Source: Pedobacter sp. (GTDB lineage Bacteria; Desulfobacterota; Desulfuromonadia; Desulfuromonadales; Syntrophotaleaceae). Taken from it: 64,000 bases of DNA. Positions within the stretch are counted from its first letter, which is position 1, and each line of letters opens with the position of its first letter. The notes under the pieces were generated by a model that made no database searches, was not told where the DNA came from, and saw nothing but the letters and a program-made list of their open reading frames with translations. Position numbers and translations under genes: made by a program. The stretch spans positions 288,001 through 352,000 of the forward strand of contig JBFWJC010000001.1 in assembly GCA_050253415.1 (NCBI GenBank). Reading direction: 5' to 3'. Positions 59,862 to 64,000 of this stretch are shown one piece after another.

Positions 59862-60137
59862 ATGCGACTTAATATCACCGCTCTTTCCATTACCGTTGCA
59901 CTGCTTTGGAGTGGCGCCATTTTTCTCGTTGGTCTGGCGAACCTGGCCTGGCCGCCCTACGGCCTGGTGTTTCTTGAGCTGACCGCTTCGATTTACCCCG
60001 GTTATCATGCCGACCCTCATTTCGGATCGGTAGTTGTCGGAACCCTTTACGGCTTGTTGGACGGATTCATCTGTGGCGCAGTGTTTGGTTGGCTTTACAA
60101 TTTCCTGGCGGGACGATTCTCAAAAACATCTGCCTGA
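59862..60137 (+). CDS. Small membrane protein
   Basis: AGGAGG RBS; hydrophobic; SIYPGY and GWLYN motifs. Confidence 0.75.
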   Translation: MRLNITALSITVALLWSGAIFLVGLANLAWPPYGLVFLELTASIYPGYHADPHFGSVVVGTLYGLLDGFICGAVFGWLYNFLAGRFSKTSA

Positions 60138-60267
60138 TAACGTGTTTGTGAGATATTCAAGGATCAGGTTGCAACTCTTTACCCGGGGCGGGTTTGCCTG
60201 TAGGGGTGGCATTCCCTTCGGATGTTTCGCGGTTCTGATGGGCGCCACCAAAAGGATGTGATCGTCG

Positions 60268-60678
60268 ATGACCGAACTACAAGAAAGAAATTGGTGGGAC
60301 AGGAACTGGAAGTGGCTGGTTCCCGTCGGAGGGCTTGCTGCCCTGGCCCTTTTTGCCGGGTTCATCGCCATGATCATGTGTCTGGTCTTCGGCATGATGA
60401 AGTCGTCTGACGTCTACAAGGAGTCTGTTGCCGTCGCACAAGCGCATGCGTCAGTGCAAGCAGTTATCGGTACTCCCCTGAAGGAAGGGTTATTCGTCAC
60501 CGGTAAAATAAACACCAGTGGATCCTCGGGAGACGCTGATCTGGCGATCCCGATTTCCGGTCCCGACGGCAAGGCGACAATATATGTCGTGGCGAGAAAA
60601 TCGGCCGGCCAATGGACCTTCTCGACTCTTATTGTGGAAGTTGAGGATTCCGGGCAGAGAATCGATCTGCTTGAATAG
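60268..60678 (+). CDS. Coa1-like membrane-anchored protein
   Basis: WWDRNWKW, one TM segment and ADLAIPISGPDGKATIY. Confidence 0.65.
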   Translation: MTELQERNWWDRNWKWLVPVGGLAALALFAGFIAMIMCLVFGMMKSSDVYKESVAVAQAHASVQAVIGTPLKEGLFVTGKINTSGSSGDADLAIPISGPDGKATIYVVARKSAGQWTFSTLIVEVEDSGQRIDLLE

Positions 60679-60778
60679 CAAGCAGGGTCTGCTTCCGTAT
60701 GAAGCGGCGACTCAGGCATCAGTGAGGGCTTGGGGGCGGATCATCCGCACGTTATGGCTCTTGAGTAAGGAAAACCGT

Positions 60779-61210
60779 ATGGATTATGCATGGCATTTTG
60801 ACCAGAAGAAAATAAATTGGGTGGAATTATCTGAACTATACAAAATTGCTCCTCTTGGCACAAAGTTGCCCGATGATTTAGAGCTTGTATTCTCCAATAG
60901 TAAGTTCAAGTGTTTCGTATATCGTGGAAAGTTGCTTATTGGTGCGGGCAGAGCCTTGGCCGATGGAAAAGACTGTTCCTATATCTGTGATATTGCGATT
61001 CATCCTGCGTATCAAGGTCGTGGCCTCGGCAAACAAATTGTCGAAAATCTTGTGCGACTCTCCCGGGGGCATAAAAAAATAATTCTCTATGCAAATCCCG
61101 GTAAAGAAGGGTTTTATGCCGCACTTGGTTTCAAGAGAATGAATACCGCAATGGCCATATTTCAAAATGAAACCGAGATGCTGGAAAACGGAACTATTTC
61201 CGAACCATAA
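60779..61210 (+). CDS. GNAT family acetyltransferase
   Basis: DIAIHPAYQGRGLG and FYAALGF motifs. Confidence 0.9.
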   Translation: MDYAWHFDQKKINWVELSELYKIAPLGTKLPDDLELVFSNSKFKCFVYRGKLLIGAGRALADGKDCSYICDIAIHPAYQGRGLGKQIVENLVRLSRGHKKIILYANPGKEGFYAALGFKRMNTAMAIFQNETEMLENGTISEP

Positions 61211-61349
61211 TCTTTGAAATCAAAAGCCATTTTCTGGTTGAACGAATAAATGCGTTAACGCGGAGTTCTTTTTCCGCGGGCGCTCCACACGCAAGCTGCT
61301 ACGCATGATGTATGGAATCAACTCTGTGACTCGCATTGCAAGGGAAACC

Positions 61350-61667
61350 ATGATGATTACCGCACTTGTCCAGTTCAAACTCCCGCAACCGATTTCCCGC
61401 GAAAATGCACGCATGATATTTTCCGATACGGCGCCAAAGTACAGGGAGATTCCGGGACTTATTCGAAAGTATTACATCCTGTCGCAGGATGGAGGGACGG
61501 CTGGCGGCGTGTATCTATGGAATTCGCAGGAGGATGCAGAGCGCCTCTATACGGACGCATGGAAGAAATTCATCCGGGACAAGTATGGCGCCGAACCCTC
61601 TGTGACCTACTTTGAGAGTCCTGTGGTTGTCGACAATGCTGTTGGCGAAATTATTGCCGACGCATGA
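61350..61667 (+). CDS. YdhR-like putative monooxygenase
   Basis: PGLIRKYY..AGGVYLW motif. Confidence 0.75.
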   Translation: MMITALVQFKLPQPISRENARMIFSDTAPKYREIPGLIRKYYILSQDGGTAGGVYLWNSQEDAERLYTDAWKKFIRDKYGAEPSVTYFESPVVVDNAVGEIIADA

Positions 61668-61743
61668 GAGGTGTGCCAGGTGCAGTGCTTCGCAGGTTAT
61701 ACCTCTTGATGGCCATGCCCCCTGTTCTGAAGGAGAAATAACA

Positions 61744-62505
61744 ATGTCCGACAAATATGCGCGAATTGCCACGGTAACCGGTGCCACATCCGGTATCGGT
61801 GAAGCAACGGTGAGAAAGTTTGTGGACGCTGGTTTTGGTGTTGTCGGTAATGGGCGTAATGCCGCAAAACTGGCGGCGCTTGAAAATGAATTGGGTGCCG
61901 CATTCTGTGGTGTTGCCGGCGATGCTTCGGATAATGCGGTGCTGGAGGCGCTTTTTTCTTCGGCTGTTGATCGCTTTGGGAAACCGGTGGACATCGTTGT
62001 TGCCAATGCCGGTCGAGGTCTGGGGGGATCCGTCAAGGAGGCCGATCTGTCGCAATTCGAGGATCTGCTGAAAATAAATGTGACGGGCACTTTGTCTCTT
62101 CTGCAAAAAGCGGCACAGAGAATGGTGGATGCTCAGCAAAACAGTTATCCCGGCTCGGCCGCCGATATTGTCATCGTCGGATCGGTTGTCGGGCGGCACG
62201 TATCGCCGTTCAGCGCAGTCTATGGGTCATCCAAGTTTGCCGTACATGCCCTGGCTGAAGGGCTGCGGCGCGAAATAGGGCCTAAAGGGGTTCGTGTCTC
62301 GCTGGTTGAGCCCGGGATCGTGCTGAGTGGCTTTCAGGCCGTGGCTGGCTACAAGGACGAACTGGTGCAGAGTTTTGAAGATAAATTCGGGCCACTGTTA
62401 ATCGGTGATGACGTGGCAAACGCCATCCATTACCTGGTATCTCAGCCGCCCCATGTCCACATCAGCGATATTATTGTGCGTCCTACACGCCAGGATTATC
62501 CATAA
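61744..62505 (+). CDS. Short-chain dehydrogenase/reductase
   Basis: TGATSGIG, ANAG and YGSSK motifs. Confidence 0.93.
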   Translation: MSDKYARIATVTGATSGIGEATVRKFVDAGFGVVGNGRNAAKLAALENELGAAFCGVAGDASDNAVLEALFSSAVDRFGKPVDIVVANAGRGLGGSVKEADLSQFEDLLKINVTGTLSLLQKAAQRMVDAQQNSYPGSAADIVIVGSVVGRHVSPFSAVYGSSKFAVHALAEGLRREIGPKGVRVSLVEPGIVLSGFQAVAGYKDELVQSFEDKFGPLLIGDDVANAIHYLVSQPPHVHISDIIVRPTRQDYP

Positions 62506-62601
62506 GTACGCCCGAGGCGGGGGCAGGCAAAGAATACAAATCCTTTTTTCGGACGAACGCCGCTGCCCCCTTGCTGTTCCGATAGACAAAGGTTGCCCCA
62601 C

Positions 62602-63030
62602 ATGCAGATAAACACACCATGGGTATTTTGGCCCGTCAAACGCCTCTGTTACCTGGTTCTCGGTGCGGTTTTGTTCACAGGCTGTGCACCTTCTCACGTC
62701 TTGCACCATGACGACGATGTGAGCCGGGATTACACCTACATCACCTTCTTAAGAAATCGATCCCCTTATCGCCTTGAATCCCAGGTTGGTGGCGAGCATA
62801 TCAGTTCTGTCACGGTGTTGGGTTTTGAAGGGGATATCTATCAGGTAGAGCTTGACTCCAGGGTAGGCGACGTCGATTGTTACATTTGCGGCGAAGGGAT
62901 CCATGTGGAGCGCGATCCGGCCACGATAAACAAACAGACGGTCACGGTGTTGGAGCGTGATTGCCTGTTTTCCGTTGAGTTGTCTGCCTATCCCTACGGT
63001 GAATATATGTTGCGCATCAGCAAGCAGTAA
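62602..63030 (+). CDS. Hypothetical lipoprotein
   Basis: FTGC lipobox after a hydrophobic stretch. Confidence 0.6.
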   Translation: MQINTPWVFWPVKRLCYLVLGAVLFTGCAPSHVLHHDDDVSRDYTYITFLRNRSPYRLESQVGGEHISSVTVLGFEGDIYQVELDSRVGDVDCYICGEGIHVERDPATINKQTVTVLERDCLFSVELSAYPYGEYMLRISKQ

Positions 63031-63369
63031 TGGCCTCGTAAAGTTCACAGCGCCTAAGCCTGGAGGCGCCTTCGGGTTCATAGGATGCGAACGTGCATGG
63101 ATGGTATTTTCGCTTTTTTGCTCACCATGTGTCCCTTTGTCCCCATGCTTGTCCCGCCACGCTCCTGACCCCGCACACTGTATGATGCATTAACAGGCAG
63201 CCCTTCGGACCAACGGAGAAGGCGGTTGTTACATCAAATTCTGACTTATTTTATCTGAATATCCTTCCTTTGCATGCCAGATAGAGGCATTCCGGGGTCT
63301 TGCAGCACCGGTTTTTATCGAAAATACGGTGCCTTCCCTAAATACATGCGCAAAGTCTGCGGTTGCATT

Positions 63370-63385
63370 TGGCACGCCGTTGGCA
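63370..63385 (+). promoter_or_regulatory. Putative sigma54 promoter
   Basis: TGGCACG-CCGT-TGGCA (GG-N10-GC spacing) about 200 bp upstream of the PAS gene. Confidence 0.5.
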
Positions 63386-63587
63386 ATAAAAGATTGCCGG
63401 AACTTTGCGGATAAGGCCCAATCCCGCCCAGAGATTTCAGGCAGGAACCAGGTCGCCTGATCCTATTCGATTTTCATCGTTATGTTGAATGAAGGAGGCA
63501 GTGTTCCTTTTGGCCGGTTTGTGATGCCGCCGATATGTGTTTTCCCGGCAATTATCTGCTTCAGGCGAAAGGAACGAACGCTATCCC

Positions 63588-64000
63588 ATGAGTCCTCTCA
63601 GTGTAAAAATATCTTTGCCCCCGGAAGGATCAGTCCCTGATAAAAACCAGGCAGGCACCGGGCAATATGATGGTTCGTCCCGCCGGGGTCATGTTGGCGG
63701 AACGGGTGTCTTCGAATGGGACATTGCAGAGGCCGGCGCGTTGTATCGGGCTTTTATGGAGTCTTCCATCGACGGCATCGTTATCATCGATGGCGAAACC
63801 GCCAGGGTTGTCGAGGCCAATGCGGCCTTCGCTGAGATGCTCGGCTACAACCTGGAAGAAGTTCGGCGGTTACACGTCTGGGATTGGGATGCCCAGTGGT
63901 CCCGGGAGGAACTCGAAGAGATTATCACAACCGCAGGTTTTTCGAACAGTCGGCTTGAAACCCGGCACCGTCGCAAAGACGGGCAGGTTGTGGACGTGGA
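63588..64000 (+). CDS. PAS-domain signalling protein, partial (runs off the window end)
   Basis: Manual translation gives YRAFMESSIDGIVIID..VEANAAFAEMLGY..HRRKDG. Confidence 0.85.
   Translation, partial: MSPLSVKISLPPEGSVPDKNQAGTGQYDGSSRRGHVGGTGVFEWDIAEAGALYRAFMESSIDGIVIIDGETARVVEANAAFAEMLGYNLEEVRRLHVWDWDAQWSREELEEIITTAGFSNSRLETRHRRKDGQVVDV

Noticed and set aside
63190..63232. Hairpin upstream of the PAS gene as a riboswitch
   Set aside because: No consensus of a riboswitch family that I could recognise; an Rfam scan would be needed.
1..64000. tRNA or rRNA genes
   Set aside because: None recognised by eye; tRNAscan-SE and barrnap were not run.

Overview
High-GC bacterial chromosomal window; gene content suggests a Desulfuromonadales-type deltaproteobacterium (inference). 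Bases 1-47.5 kb are mostly housekeeping: pcnB, miaA, an RND efflux operon with TetR, cydAB, lactate-utilisation LUD genes, two two-component systems, degP, prmA-rsmE, dapF-nfo-dtd, trxA and a heme operon interrupted by a 515-bp palindrome-rich tandem repeat. Bases 47.8-59 kb are an AT-rich integron cassette array. It has a candidate attI, ten attC sites with both ends (one split by an IS), an eroded tail of half-sites, and no integrase in the window. An IS110/IS1111-type element sits inside attC6. Its roughly 520-nt 3' non-coding region appears to encode a bridge/seek-type guide RNA with two attC-matching target loops and one donor loop, which is the top finding. REP-like GGGAC/GGGGTC motifs coincide with truncated attC sites, and a RAYT transposase remnant lies nearby. 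All calls were made by eye; no databases or folding programs were run.
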